Below, piece by piece: positions 15,800-24,736 of a stretch of 64,000 nt of DNA. Made by a program: the position numbers and the translations under genes. Source of the stretch: a virus. Lineage: Duplodnaviria > Caudoviricetes. The notes under the pieces are model-generated. The model was not told the DNA's origin. It did no database searches and was given only the letters and a program-made list of their open reading frames with translations. The DNA lies in the IMG/VR virus record IMGVR_UViG_3300027754_000035, one strand, 5' to 3'. The stretch's first letter is position 1; each line of letters starts with the position of its first letter.

Positions 15800-15997
15800 T
15801 GATAGAGTAGTGTAATGAAAGCACGTTACAGAGGTTAGCTGTAGCTGGGATGATCCAAATTTATTTGGGTAAATGTAAACGACGACTACGGAATAACCTA
15901 TATTTTAGATGTATTAATTCTCATGATTGTCATGTCGATAAACTCCAGTAAGGTAATAAAACTTGAGGTTTGGGTTTGATTCCCAACTCTATCACTA
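15800..15997 (+). ncRNA. about 200-nt tRNA-mimic with a large internal insertion
   Basis: TGATAGAG/CTCTATCA closing stem, D-arm GTGT-AATGAAA-GCAC at the 5' end, T-arm TTGGG-TTTGATT-CCCAA at the 3' end. Confidence 0.6.
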
Positions 15998-16052
15998 ATT
16001 TATAATTGTATTCTATATATGATTGATATTTATTTGTAACAACCATAACAAT

Positions 16053-16409
16053 ATGAAGAAAAAACTATTTGAGAATATCGGCAACAACACATTCAAACTC
16101 AGAAGCAATCTGAATGAGAGCGTTCTTAAGACAAGAATGACACTCACCAATCCTAAAACTGGTGCTGAGTCGGATGTTGATCTTACGGTAACATACACCG
16201 CTACTAAATCATCCCGTGGGGAACGTGAACGTGGTACAGGTCTTCAGTTGTCGCCTGATGATGAAGGGTCAATTGAAATTGAAAGCGTAAAAGATTCAAC
16301 TGGTCAAGACGTTGTTCTGTCAGACTCTGAATTAGAACAACTAAAGGCCGACATCGACGAGCGTTTGTCAGATGCTCACAATGATTACGATGAACCAGAT
16401 AATCTGTGA
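16053..16409 (+). CDS. hypothetical protein
   Basis: ORF preceded by a TATTTAT motif; acidic C-terminus. Confidence 0.75.
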   Translation: MKKKLFENIGNNTFKLRSNLNESVLKTRMTLTNPKTGAESDVDLTVTYTATKSSRGERERGTGLQLSPDDEGSIEIESVKDSTGQDVVLSDSELEQLKADIDERLSDAHNDYDEPDNL

Positions 16410-16538
16410 AGTAATTTCACATTTTTGACGATATGTATAAGAGTGTTTGGTGTTAACCGCACTTTTTATCGTTTCGTGTGTGTGAGTAGTTGATGAAGGA
16501 GAACGAATTGACAAATCAACTAGCACCAAACACATTTT

Positions 16539-16615
16539 GCTCACATAGCTAAATTGGAGACAGCACTTCGGTCCTAACGAAGCGATTGAAGGTTCAAATC
16601 CCTCTGTGAGCACCA
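16539..16615 (+). tRNA. tRNA-Arg(CCU)
   Basis: CTTCG GT-CCT-AA CGAAG; CCA. Confidence 0.88.
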
Positions 16616-16672
16616 CTTTTGTATTGACGTTTTATAGGAACGTAGCAAGATGACTACAGTTCTTTTATTAAT

Positions 16673-16749
16673 GGGCGTGTAACTCAACTGGATAGAGTGC
16701 GAGTCTTCGAAACTCGAAGTTGCAGGTTCAAATCCTGCCATGCCCACCA
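16673..16749 (+). tRNA. tRNA-Arg(UCG)
   Basis: CGAGT CT-TCG-AA ACTCG; CCA. Confidence 0.95.
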
Positions 16750-16907
16750 CTTTTTGAACACAAGGCGAATATTTGTCGCTAAGACGACTGGAAAACGTAT
16801 CCAGCTAACTGCCGAGTGAAGTATCCACGGTGCGACTCTGAATCGCAACTGGCTCTGAGAATTGATACTATGTTGGTATAAATAATCCAACTGTGTTCAA
16901 AATAATT

Positions 16908-16984
16908 GCCTTATTAGTATAAGTAGTTTATTATGCAAGTTCGGTAAACTTGAGAATCCAGTGCAAGTCTGGAATAAGGCTCCA
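16908..16984 (+). tRNA. tRNA-Thr(GGU)
   Basis: CAAGT TC-GGT-AA ACTTG; GCCTTAT/ATAAGGC; T-loop TGCAAGT; CCA. Confidence 0.8.
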
Positions 16985-17005
16985 CTTTTACATATTTATT
17001 ACTAT

Positions 17006-17476
17006 ATGATACTATTAAAAGATTTGTTGAATGAAGCACAACCCGAGTTGACTGTATACAGAGGTGTTAATCCCACATACGGTGATATAGGGTTGGGTAT
17101 AAACAGCACCAAGATTGGTGACAAGTTAGTGGCTACACTGGGACCAAATCATACAAACAATATAGAAGTTGCAAAAAAATTTGGTAAACAAATAACAACT
17201 ACTAAGTTAAAAGGGCCTGGATTAGAATTGTCGCATTACAATGATATAATTAAGTTGTATAAACAGTATGAAAACATGTTGCCCGTTGGTCTTGCTGGTA
17301 AAATTAAAAATAGTAATGGACAAGCTCAATTAGATTTAATACAATTAGCTGGTAAAGATCTGCGCAATATATTGAGTAAGAGATATGGATACATCAAAAG
17401 TCCTCTTGCAATTAGTGATGCTAGTTATTTGAGTGAAAAAGGTCTGACTGGTGATCTGTATATTCCATTGAAATAA
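17006..17476 (+). CDS. putative ADP-ribosyltransferase-fold protein
   Basis: TVYRGV and HTNNIEVAKKF motifs; MILLKDLLNE N-terminus; late motif upstream. Confidence 0.6.
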   Translation: MILLKDLLNEAQPELTVYRGVNPTYGDIGLGINSTKIGDKLVATLGPNHTNNIEVAKKFGKQITTTKLKGPGLELSHYNDIIKLYKQYENMLPVGLAGKIKNSNGQAQLDLIQLAGKDLRNILSKRYGYIKSPLAISDASYLSEKGLTGDLYIPLK

Positions 17477-17497
17477 TTTTTGTTGAGATTCAATTTT

Positions 17498-17572
17498 GCC
17501 TCCTAAACATAGATAGCGATGTGTTAGTTTCGTAAACTAAAGAGGACAGTGCAAGTCTGTCATGAGGCTCCA
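17498..17572 (+). tRNA. tRNA-Thr(CGU)
   Basis: TTAGT TT-CGT-AA ACTAA; CCA. Confidence 0.85.
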
Positions 17573-17580
17573 ATTTTAAT

Positions 17581-17655
17581 TGACACTTAGCGTAATAGAA
17601 ACGCAATCGGCTCTGACCCGAAAGATTGTAGGTGCAAGTCCTACAGTGTCAGCCA
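17581..17655 (+). tRNA. tRNA-Gln(CUG)
   Basis: ATCGG CT-CTG-AC CCGA; TGACACT/AGTGTCA; G73 CCA. Confidence 0.88.
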
Positions 17656-17662
17656 ATTTTAT

Positions 17663-17746
17663 GCATCGTTAGCCAAATGGGAAGGTTGCGGTCTGCAAAA
17701 CCGTAGTGGCAACACAGAGTTAGTTCGATTCTAACACGATGCTCCA
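17663..17746 (+). tRNA. tRNA-Cys(GCA) with long variable arm
   Basis: GCGGT CT-GCA-AA ACCGT; GTG-GCAA-CAC extra arm; U73 CCA. Confidence 0.88.
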
Positions 17747-17860
17747 TTTTCATATCGCACCCACCAAATTTTATATTGCCTTATTAGTTGGGGTCATCAT
17801 TTTAATATTAATTATTTCAATAGCACATATATACTTATATATTAAACGAGGTATATATCT

Positions 17861-18268
17861 ATGATTATTGATTGGGCAATTTACTATCAGCAAAACAAAC
17901 ATCTTCCATATAATACTATTATGGAGGGCTACAAAAAGCATTTGCGTGAGTATCAAGAACGGCTGACTCATATAAATCAAATAAACCAAGCTCCAGGATG
18001 TGGACCAGCAGGCCCAGCAGATCTACCAAATCCTACACCTAGTGTAACTCCTAGTGTAACACCTAGCTTGACTGCAACTCCTAGTGTAACACCTAGCTTG
18101 ACTGCAACACCAAGTGTAACACCTAGCTTGACTGCAACACCAAGTGTAACACCAACTAGAACTGCAACACCAAGTGTAACACCAACTAGAACTGCAACAC
18201 CAAGTGTAACTGCAACACCTAGCTTGACTGCAACACCAAGTGTAACTCCAAGCACATCTACTCTGTAA
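17861..18268 (+). CDS. small protein with a Thr/Pro/Ser mucin-like repeat tail
   Basis: TPSVTPSLTA / TPSVTPTRTA repeats over the C-terminal half. Confidence 0.8.
   Translation: MIIDWAIYYQQNKHLPYNTIMEGYKKHLREYQERLTHINQINQAPGCGPAGPADLPNPTPSVTPSVTPSLTATPSVTPSLTATPSVTPSLTATPSVTPTRTATPSVTPTRTATPSVTATPSLTATPSVTPSTSTL
18032..18255 (+). repeat. coding tandem repeat (TPSV/TPSL/TA units)
   Basis: Repeated acacctagcttgactgcaac and acaccaagtgtaac units. Confidence 0.9.
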
Positions 18269-18291
18269 CACATAGAAGTTGACAATTTACA

Positions 18292-18328
18292 AAGAGCCAC
18301 AAGCCTTAAAACTTGTGGCTCTTTTTTT
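18292..18328 (+). terminator. intrinsic terminator
   Basis: aagagccacaag/cttgtggctctt plus T run. Confidence 0.85.
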
Positions 18329-18370
18329 ATGATCTTGGTTCAGCATTTTTCTCTACTTATTATAGAGAGT

Positions 18371-19633
18371 ATGATTAAACTTAAACATTTGCTATTAGAA
18401 AATCCGGATACTGTTGTCTACAATAGTAAATATTACAATTATAATAGCAATCACAATCGTAGTGCGTTTTTGGTGTATGATGATACTGTGAGCAAGCGTG
18501 AGAATTATTTTGGGTATGATCGTGACACCAATAAGTTTTATAGCAACGACGCCGATGTGATAAGTGACGTGATACGGATGGAGGATCTACCCCCTAACGA
18601 ATCGCCGTATGCGACGGAAATCATTAAATCTATGCGGCGCAACAAGCGGGGTGGAGGTCACAATGATTTGTGGACAATATTGCAAGAACTGGATAGAGGC
18701 GACAGATGGCCGGAAAATCGAGGTCGTTTTTTTGAAGTACCCGATGATACCAGACCAGCCGGCGAAGTGACCATCATGACATTTTGGTCCAACAAAGAAA
18801 ATGCTGCTAAGTATAAAGATACGTGGGATAAAATATGTGGTGAATTGCGATTGAATCCCAAGGAGATATTGTATAATCCCGGCAGTCGTCTGTTCACATA
18901 CGATGAATTTTATGAAACTGGCAAGCAAGATAAACCCGTATCAACTGGTGGTTCGTCTCCTGTAAGTATGTATGGGTTGGGAACCACTGGTGAGACACTA
19001 AAGGTTGGAGACACTGTTAAGGTCACTGGGTTGGGTACTTATAGTCCTATTGGAAGCATAGTGAGCGTGGGTAATGATGGTAAAGTTGCAAGAATTAAAA
19101 TTATAGACAACAACAACTTTGATTCGGTTCGAGTGGGCAGTGAAATAGAGTTTCCCACCAACACATTGAATAAGGTTGCGGCACCAACTACTCCTGTGCC
19201 TGTGCCTGTACCCGACACTGGTGAATTGGATCAAATGATACGGGAGAAAGACGAGCAGTACAGTCAAAAGAGTGCAGATTTGCATGTAAAGGGAGCAACT
19301 TTGCCGCCAGCACAAAAGCGACAATTGCAAATTGAAGTAGATAAGTTGGCTGCTGAGATTGAGTATTTGGAAGCGGCTAAAAAAATGGCTACGAGTCTCA
19401 ATATATCAATGAAGCGGGATGATGTGTTTTTAGTTAACGGAATGAAGATTGCGGTCGAAAGGGCGATGGCGAAGCGAGATCATGGTCAGAAGTATGATTT
19501 GAATGTTGAGTTGGAACGAGTATTTCCAAACATGAGTATTGCTCAGATACGGCAAAAATTTGGTCGTCTTGGAATACCTCTTAGAAAGATGGTGAAAGAG
19601 GTTATGAAACATTATTTGAAAGTGGGAAAGTGA
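18371..19633 (+). CDS. hypothetical late protein (MIKLKHLLLE leader; SH3/KOW-like middle segment)
   Basis: Long ORF; TLKVGDTVKVTG segment; late motif upstream. Confidence 0.78.
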   Translation: MIKLKHLLLENPDTVVYNSKYYNYNSNHNRSAFLVYDDTVSKRENYFGYDRDTNKFYSNDADVISDVIRMEDLPPNESPYATEIIKSMRRNKRGGGHNDLWTILQELDRGDRWPENRGRFFEVPDDTRPAGEVTIMTFWSNKENAAKYKDTWDKICGELRLNPKEILYNPGSRLFTYDEFYETGKQDKPVSTGGSSPVSMYGLGTTGETLKVGDTVKVTGLGTYSPIGSIVSVGNDGKVARIKIIDNNNFDSVRVGSEIEFPTNTLNKVAAPTTPVPVPVPDTGELDQMIREKDEQYSQKSADLHVKGATLPPAQKRQLQIEVDKLAAEIEYLEAAKKMATSLNISMKRDDVFLVNGMKIAVERAMAKRDHGQKYDLNVELERVFPNMSIAQIRQKFGRLGIPLRKMVKEVMKHYLKVGK

Positions 19634-20034
19634 TGAAGAATACCGATTCACAATTGGCTGAGGACATCAAACGTGGAAAACCTGCGGTCAAGCGTAGTCC
19701 ACAGTGGGGTTCTGTGAGAAAAAAACATTTGAAAAATAATCCGGTGTGTGCTGCGTGTGGTGCAAAGATCGGTGTTCAGGTACATCACATTCGACCATTT
19801 CATTTGTTTCCGGAACTGGAATTAGAGCCTAGCAATTTGATTACGTTGTGTGAAACATTTATTGATAATGGTGATATCACAGATGATAACCATCATTTGC
19901 ATTTGGGTCACAAGGGAGATTTTCATAAAAATAACAAAAAAGTTTTGGAAACTGTAGATGCTTATAGGCAAAAAAAAGCCAAGTTGCCAAAGCTGGAAGG
20001 TTACGATTTTCAGTCTCTCAAAAAGATTTTGTGA
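19630..20034 (+). CDS. HNH endonuclease
   Basis: CAACG...VQVHHIRPF...NLITLCE...HHLHLGH. Confidence 0.9.
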   Translation: MMKNTDSQLAEDIKRGKPAVKRSPQWGSVRKKHLKNNPVCAACGAKIGVQVHHIRPFHLFPELELEPSNLITLCETFIDNGDITDDNHHLHLGHKGDFHKNNKKVLETVDAYRQKKAKLPKLEGYDFQSLKKIL

Positions 20035-20179
20035 ACAGCTTACACCACAAAAATATCAATAACTGACGGTCAACGGCACCGACGGAAGTCTCACGCCAAA
20101 CACTCTTCAAAATTTGGCCACCAAATTGTTGGCTGATTTGTTGTATTCTAGAATATTTATATGTTAAATCTAGCATCAT

Positions 20180-23100
20180 ATGACAAAATTTAAGCAACTG
20201 GCACAAGATACCGTGGTCCGCAATGTAATCACTGAGTTTATTGCGACACAATACACACAAAACCAATTAATTTCCGAGACATATCATGGTGTGGACCCGA
20301 AATCCAATCTACATTATGCTATCCAATTGGGTGAACAGATCGGTAAAGATATTCAGATAGATATGTTATGTACATATCTTAATGAGCACCCAGTTCTAAA
20401 GGAAGACATTTTTCAGCGTGGTTTGGCTCGTACCAAGGCATATTTGACCACGCCACTGGGTCGAGGTTTTGGCGACGCCAAGAATCAACAGATGATCAAC
20501 AATCTGTTTAATACATTCAAAAAGAATACCGATAAAGTTGTGGGTCATGGTCCCAGTCCATTTACACCCAGCGAGGAAGATCAAAAGAATGCTCCAGCAC
20601 GTATTCAACAAATTTCTGCTTTGTTTGGTAAGCGTTTTGCAAATATTCAAACAAATCCAAAGTTGGTGAAACAACCAACGTCGGCGGAAGCTCAGGCTGG
20701 TATGGGTCGTATTCAACAGATGTTGGATCAATTGCGTAGTTCTGGATTTGTAAAGGGTGCTGATAATGTAATTGATGAAATTGGTATTTTTGCTCGTCAA
20801 CATCCAGTATTGACCAACAGCATTGTTGCTGGTTTGGTTGCTGTTATGACACTTGTAGCTGCGCCTGGTTGGCTTGCAGGTTTACCATTACTCAAGAAGT
20901 GGGTAATTGGTACAGCACTCAGAACTTTGATTGGTGTTCTTAAAGGAGAAAAACCAACTCAGGCAGCTGCAAAAGGTGCTGCCGTATCTGGTACCGGTAT
21001 TGCCATTGGTAAGCTGCTAGGATTATTTTATGATCAGTTGGCTGCGTGGTTGAGTGGACCCACGGATGGTTCACCATTACCAGTTCCACAACCTACAACG
21101 CCATATCAACCAGTTGCAATGGATGTGGACACAAGTAATTTGGGTCAAGAAGAATATTTGTCGAGTTACAGAGGCGATTTGATCAATAAAGCATTAAATG
21201 CGGCCAGTGCGGAAGAATATCAAACTTACATACAACAAGTTAAAAATTTGGATGCTCAATTTCAATTCAATGGCGACATTCCCCCATATGATGCAACATC
21301 TGCTAGTGGTCAATTACCAGTAGCACCAGTAGCACCAGTAGCACCTGCACAAGTGTCACCTGGTAATGTGTTACCACAACAACCAACTGTTACTGGTGTG
21401 GATATTCCACAAGCACCGGCACCGCTTAATTTGACACCAAAGATTAATGCGTTGAATTCATTGATTAGTTCAACGGATGTAAAAGGTGCTACGGCACCAG
21501 CGGCACGCACAGCTGTTCAAAATTGGGTCAATGGTGTGACTCAACCAGAAGCACAAGCAATGTTGCAAAACCCAAATCTTGTGAATCAACTGATGCGCAA
21601 AGGAGCGTTGGGGATGTTGAAGCAAAAGTTTGGTATAAATGAAGTTAGTGTATCAAAGGAGCAAGCTGAATTGGATTATTTGAAGGCAGAATTGATGGGC
21701 GGGGCAGCTGCACTTACATTGGTAAATGAAGCCAATCCATTTACAACCGCAAAGAACTTTATGTTGGGTGGTCCAAAAGTAGGCGGCGACAATAGTCGTT
21801 TGGATTACAAACAAGTTGAAAGTGATTATTTGAAATTCTTGAATAACATGGAGACTCAACTTGGCACCAAGACAGAAAAAGATACTTTGGACTCATTGAA
21901 ACGCTACGACAAAGTATTTCCAGGCGTTTATGATTATGTGTCTAAAGTCAGAACTTGGTTGTATGGACCAGAACCAGCATCCAACAAACCATTACCGGAT
22001 GCAGTAGTAGTTCCACCAAATGAAACGCCCACACCAAGCAATCCAAATCCAGATCCAGCACATCCTACAGATCCAAAAACAATTCCGTCAGATCCTCCAA
22101 AGCCAGGAGATGCGCCGGTTGCGCCTCCAACGGCACCAGTGCCTGGTGCTTCAGAAACCGAATTGGATGCAAATAAGATCCGAAATGTTAAAGTATTCTT
22201 GTCACGTATGATTGACTTGGGTGATTTGTTGAATCGTACAAATCCAGTAGCATTGACCAAGACTGCATTGCGTGATTTAGCGACTAGTGTGTATACCATT
22301 GGTGATGTCATGGTCAATAAAAAAGTTGATGGTAAAATCAATCCTATTGTTGATAAAGCAACTCAAGGTTTAGATTTGCTTGGAGCACAACCAGAAATTA
22401 AGCCTGCAAAACCAATGTCCAATGTATTTGCCGAAGCTGATACAACCGCACAAGCTGGTTACAACAACCCAGAATTGAGTAAATTGATTGGTGCGTTGAA
22501 GAACGATGTTGTGTTCAAGAATTTGGCACAACGTTTGGGTGTATTGATGGTTGCGAAACCAAATGATGCACGTAGTCTCATGGCACTGCGTAGTTTCTTG
22601 AGTTCTATAAATCGTATCATCTCTCGCAATTCGGCAGCGTTTCAACAAAGTGTTGGTAATCCTGTTGCCGTTAAAAAGGAACTCGAAAGTGACAAGGAAT
22701 ATCTCAAGGAAGCGACCAGTCAAGAAATTATGGCATTTAATGCTGAATTGACCAAGGCTGTTGCAAATCTTGTTGCAGTTGCTGGAGCGTTGCGCCAAGC
22801 ATTTAATCGTAAAAATCCAAAGAGTATCTATAATGTAAAAGGTGCAGCACCGACATCTGCACAAGCGGCCGGTTTTACTCCAGAAAATAAATTGGTAATT
22901 TATGCAACCAAAGAAGACACTGGTTTGATACCATCAAGAGTATATCAATTCTTTGGTGGTAAGTGGAATATTATAGCGGCCAATGGATTGCAACCACTTG
23001 ATCCAGTTGGAGCAAAGAATGCGATTATCAAATTGAATCAATTGGCAAAAGCACATCGTAACGATCTTGACAAGGTTATAAACTTAACCAAGACAAATTC

Positions 23101-23191
23101 AAAGGACAAGGGTGCGGGTGTATCATCAGACGTGGCAAATCAAATCAAAGAAATGTTTGGTGTCAGCGACTACAAAAAGTTCTTTGTATAA
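20180..23191 (+). CDS. large hypothetical late protein with a hydrophobic segment (possible ejected/internal virion protein)
   Basis: 1003 aa; hydrophobic SIVAGLVAVMTLVAAPGWLAG...GIAIGKLLGLF stretch; Pro-rich linkers; TATTTATA upstream. Confidence 0.8.
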   Translation: MTKFKQLAQDTVVRNVITEFIATQYTQNQLISETYHGVDPKSNLHYAIQLGEQIGKDIQIDMLCTYLNEHPVLKEDIFQRGLARTKAYLTTPLGRGFGDAKNQQMINNLFNTFKKNTDKVVGHGPSPFTPSEEDQKNAPARIQQISALFGKRFANIQTNPKLVKQPTSAEAQAGMGRIQQMLDQLRSSGFVKGADNVIDEIGIFARQHPVLTNSIVAGLVAVMTLVAAPGWLAGLPLLKKWVIGTALRTLIGVLKGEKPTQAAAKGAAVSGTGIAIGKLLGLFYDQLAAWLSGPTDGSPLPVPQPTTPYQPVAMDVDTSNLGQEEYLSSYRGDLINKALNAASAEEYQTYIQQVKNLDAQFQFNGDIPPYDATSASGQLPVAPVAPVAPAQVSPGNVLPQQPTVTGVDIPQAPAPLNLTPKINALNSLISSTDVKGATAPAARTAVQNWVNGVTQPEAQAMLQNPNLVNQLMRKGALGMLKQKFGINEVSVSKEQAELDYLKAELMGGAAALTLVNEANPFTTAKNFMLGGPKVGGDNSRLDYKQVESDYLKFLNNMETQLGTKTEKDTLDSLKRYDKVFPGVYDYVSKVRTWLYGPEPASNKPLPDAVVVPPNETPTPSNPNPDPAHPTDPKTIPSDPPKPGDAPVAPPTAPVPGASETELDANKIRNVKVFLSRMIDLGDLLNRTNPVALTKTALRDLATSVYTIGDVMVNKKVDGKINPIVDKATQGLDLLGAQPEIKPAKPMSNVFAEADTTAQAGYNNPELSKLIGALKNDVVFKNLAQRLGVLMVAKPNDARSLMALRSFLSSINRIISRNSAAFQQSVGNPVAVKKELESDKEYLKEATSQEIMAFNAELTKAVANLVAVAGALRQAFNRKNPKSIYNVKGAAPTSAQAAGFTPENKLVIYATKEDTGLIPSRVYQFFGGKWNIIAANGLQPLDPVGAKNAIIKLNQLAKAHRNDLDKVINLTKTNSKDKGAGVSSDVANQIKEMFGVSDYKKFFV

Positions 23192-23210
23192 ACCATAATA
23201 AATCGACACG

Positions 23211-23244
23211 AAAATACATCTGCTTTCTGGCGGATGTATTTTTT
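23211..23244 (+). terminator. intrinsic terminator
   Basis: aaaatacatctgc/gcggatgtatttt. Confidence 0.8.
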
Positions 23245-23249
23245 CTTTG

Positions 23250-23277
23250 TTGACAAACAACAAATATCTGATAGACT
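23250..23277 (+). promoter_or_regulatory. sigma70-type promoter
   Basis: TTGACA-16-TAGACT. Confidence 0.65.
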
Positions 23278-23285
23278 GTATGAGT

Positions 23286-23600
23286 ATGAATAATAACATG
23301 ACAAAGCAAGAGTTGGCAGCATTTGTCTTTAATGATGAATTGAAGGCAGCTGTGCGCAACACTTTGACAAACCATTATGGAGTAAAAGAAGTCAACTATC
23401 GTCTATTGAATTACGGTATGGGTATCGAAATTTCAGGCAGCGACAGTTTCACTTTCATTCGAGACGCAATGACCAAGGTATCTGGACTAGCAGTTGAAAC
23501 CTTTAGTATATTGGGTGAAAATGCAGAAAAGGGTACTGCTTTTTATGTGTATCTCCCAGAAAAAGATCGGGTCTTACAGAAGAAATTGAACAAAAAGTAA
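23286..23600 (+). CDS. hypothetical protein
   Basis: ORF behind a promoter. Confidence 0.72.
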   Translation: MNNNMTKQELAAFVFNDELKAAVRNTLTNHYGVKEVNYRLLNYGMGIEISGSDSFTFIRDAMTKVSGLAVETFSILGENAEKGTAFYVYLPEKDRVLQKKLNKK

Positions 23601-23688
23601 TAAGTATATAAATGTAAAAGAATGTAATTTATAACATTATTACATACTATATATTTGGTACAACAATCACTCTTAGAAAGAATACACT

Positions 23689-23817
23689 ATGTTAAATTTT
23701 TTGCGCAATCTAATCAAGAATCTTTTTGGAAATAGTAGCGGGTGCTGCAAACTTCCAAAAAACGGAGAACTGGCAAATGTACCTCAAAAGGGTTATTTTA
23801 ACCAAAAGTCATATTGA
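23689..23817 (+). CDS. small protein (42 aa), amphipathic N-terminus
   Basis: MLNFLRNLIKNLFGNSSGCCKLPK...; below the ORF-track cutoff. Confidence 0.45.
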   Translation: MLNFLRNLIKNLFGNSSGCCKLPKNGELANVPQKGYFNQKSY

Positions 23818-23869
23818 CAATATTGGCAGTTCACAAACAACAAACAAACAGAAAAGAGAAAAATAAATT

Positions 23870-24571
23870 ATGAAGAAGTTACTAACATTCGTATTGTCAC
23901 TATTGACGGCATTGACCGTTGTTACCGCAGCAGACATCGCAAGCATTTCGCTTGACACGGGTTACAACAACCACTACGTCGTTGATGGTGTCTCCTACGC
24001 AAAGCAAACCCCATACGCTGGTATTGGTGCTGTAAAGTCCCTCAAGTATGCCGATGTTTATGTGGGTGGACTGTATGTGTCTGATGGCACCAAGGATCAG
24101 TCTCATTGGCTTGTGGGAGCAGGCAAGACCGTTTCCGTGAACAAGGACTTTGGTCTGCGTTTGGACGGCACTGCGATTCGTCACCAAACCGCTGCAAGTG
24201 GTTTGCCAAACTCAACTGAACTGAGTCCCAAGTTGGCATTGCAAAATGATTGGGTCACTCCATACATTCGTGGTTCATTCAATCTGGATCTACACCAAAA
24301 TGGTTACTTTGTTGGTGCAGAGCGTGTGCAGAAGTTGCCTTTGGGCTTTACTCTGACTCCCGCTGTTGAATGGGGTCGTGTCACGGATTATGACGCCGTT
24401 CATGTCAAGGGTACGTTGGCTCGTCCATTCACTACAGGATTTGGTACAGTTACTCCATTTGCCGAGGTGGGTTGGTTCGACAACAGCCTCAAGAATGCAA
24501 AGTCTGTGTATGCAAATAATGTGTTCGACAACACTGTTGTGTACAACGTTGGTTTGCGTGTATCGTTCTAA
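23870..24571 (+). CDS. outer-membrane beta-barrel protein (TorF/TIGR02001-like putative porin)
   Basis: Signal peptide MKKLLTFVLSLLTALTVVTAA; alternating beta-strand pattern; C-terminal VYNVGLRVSF ending in Phe. Confidence 0.8.
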   Translation: MKKLLTFVLSLLTALTVVTAADIASISLDTGYNNHYVVDGVSYAKQTPYAGIGAVKSLKYADVYVGGLYVSDGTKDQSHWLVGAGKTVSVNKDFGLRLDGTAIRHQTAASGLPNSTELSPKLALQNDWVTPYIRGSFNLDLHQNGYFVGAERVQKLPLGFTLTPAVEWGRVTDYDAVHVKGTLARPFTTGFGTVTPFAEVGWFDNSLKNAKSVYANNVFDNTVVYNVGLRVSF

Positions 24572-24594
24572 TCCAACATAGAATAAACAAAATT

Positions 24595-24626
24595 AAAAGC
24601 TGCTGGAGAAATCCAGCAGCTTTTTT
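24595..24626 (+). terminator. intrinsic terminator
   Basis: aaaagctgctgga/tccagcagctttt. Confidence 0.85.
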
Positions 24627-24676
24627 GTTGAAAAAAATTCATGTTTTTCAAATTTACGCAATATGTATTAGAGAAC

Positions 24677-24736
24677 ATGAAGTACAGTCTACAACCATCA
24701 TCGTTAGCAGTAGCGGGTCAACCTAGTTTGACCTGA
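24677..24736 (+). CDS. leader peptide 2 (MKYSLQPSSLAVAGQPSLT)
   Basis: 19-codon ORF directly before antiterminator/terminator; codons match array-2 tRNAs. Confidence 0.8.
   Translation: MKYSLQPSSLAVAGQPSLT

Noticed and set aside
12361-17000. Track ORFs overlapping tRNA arrays (e.g. 12361, 12458, 12980, 16368, 16684, 25945, 26987, 28152)
   Set aside because: Shadow frames over tRNA genes.
17977-18300. Minus-strand GV-rich and Cys-rich ORFs (also 56096-56668)
   Set aside because: Antisense shadows of the Thr/Pro repeats.
23725-23800. c-di-GMP (GEMM)-like riboswitch before the porin
   Set aside because: Only GCAAAC/GCAAA fragments match, with no GNRA/receptor; a clean 42-codon ORF explains the region better.
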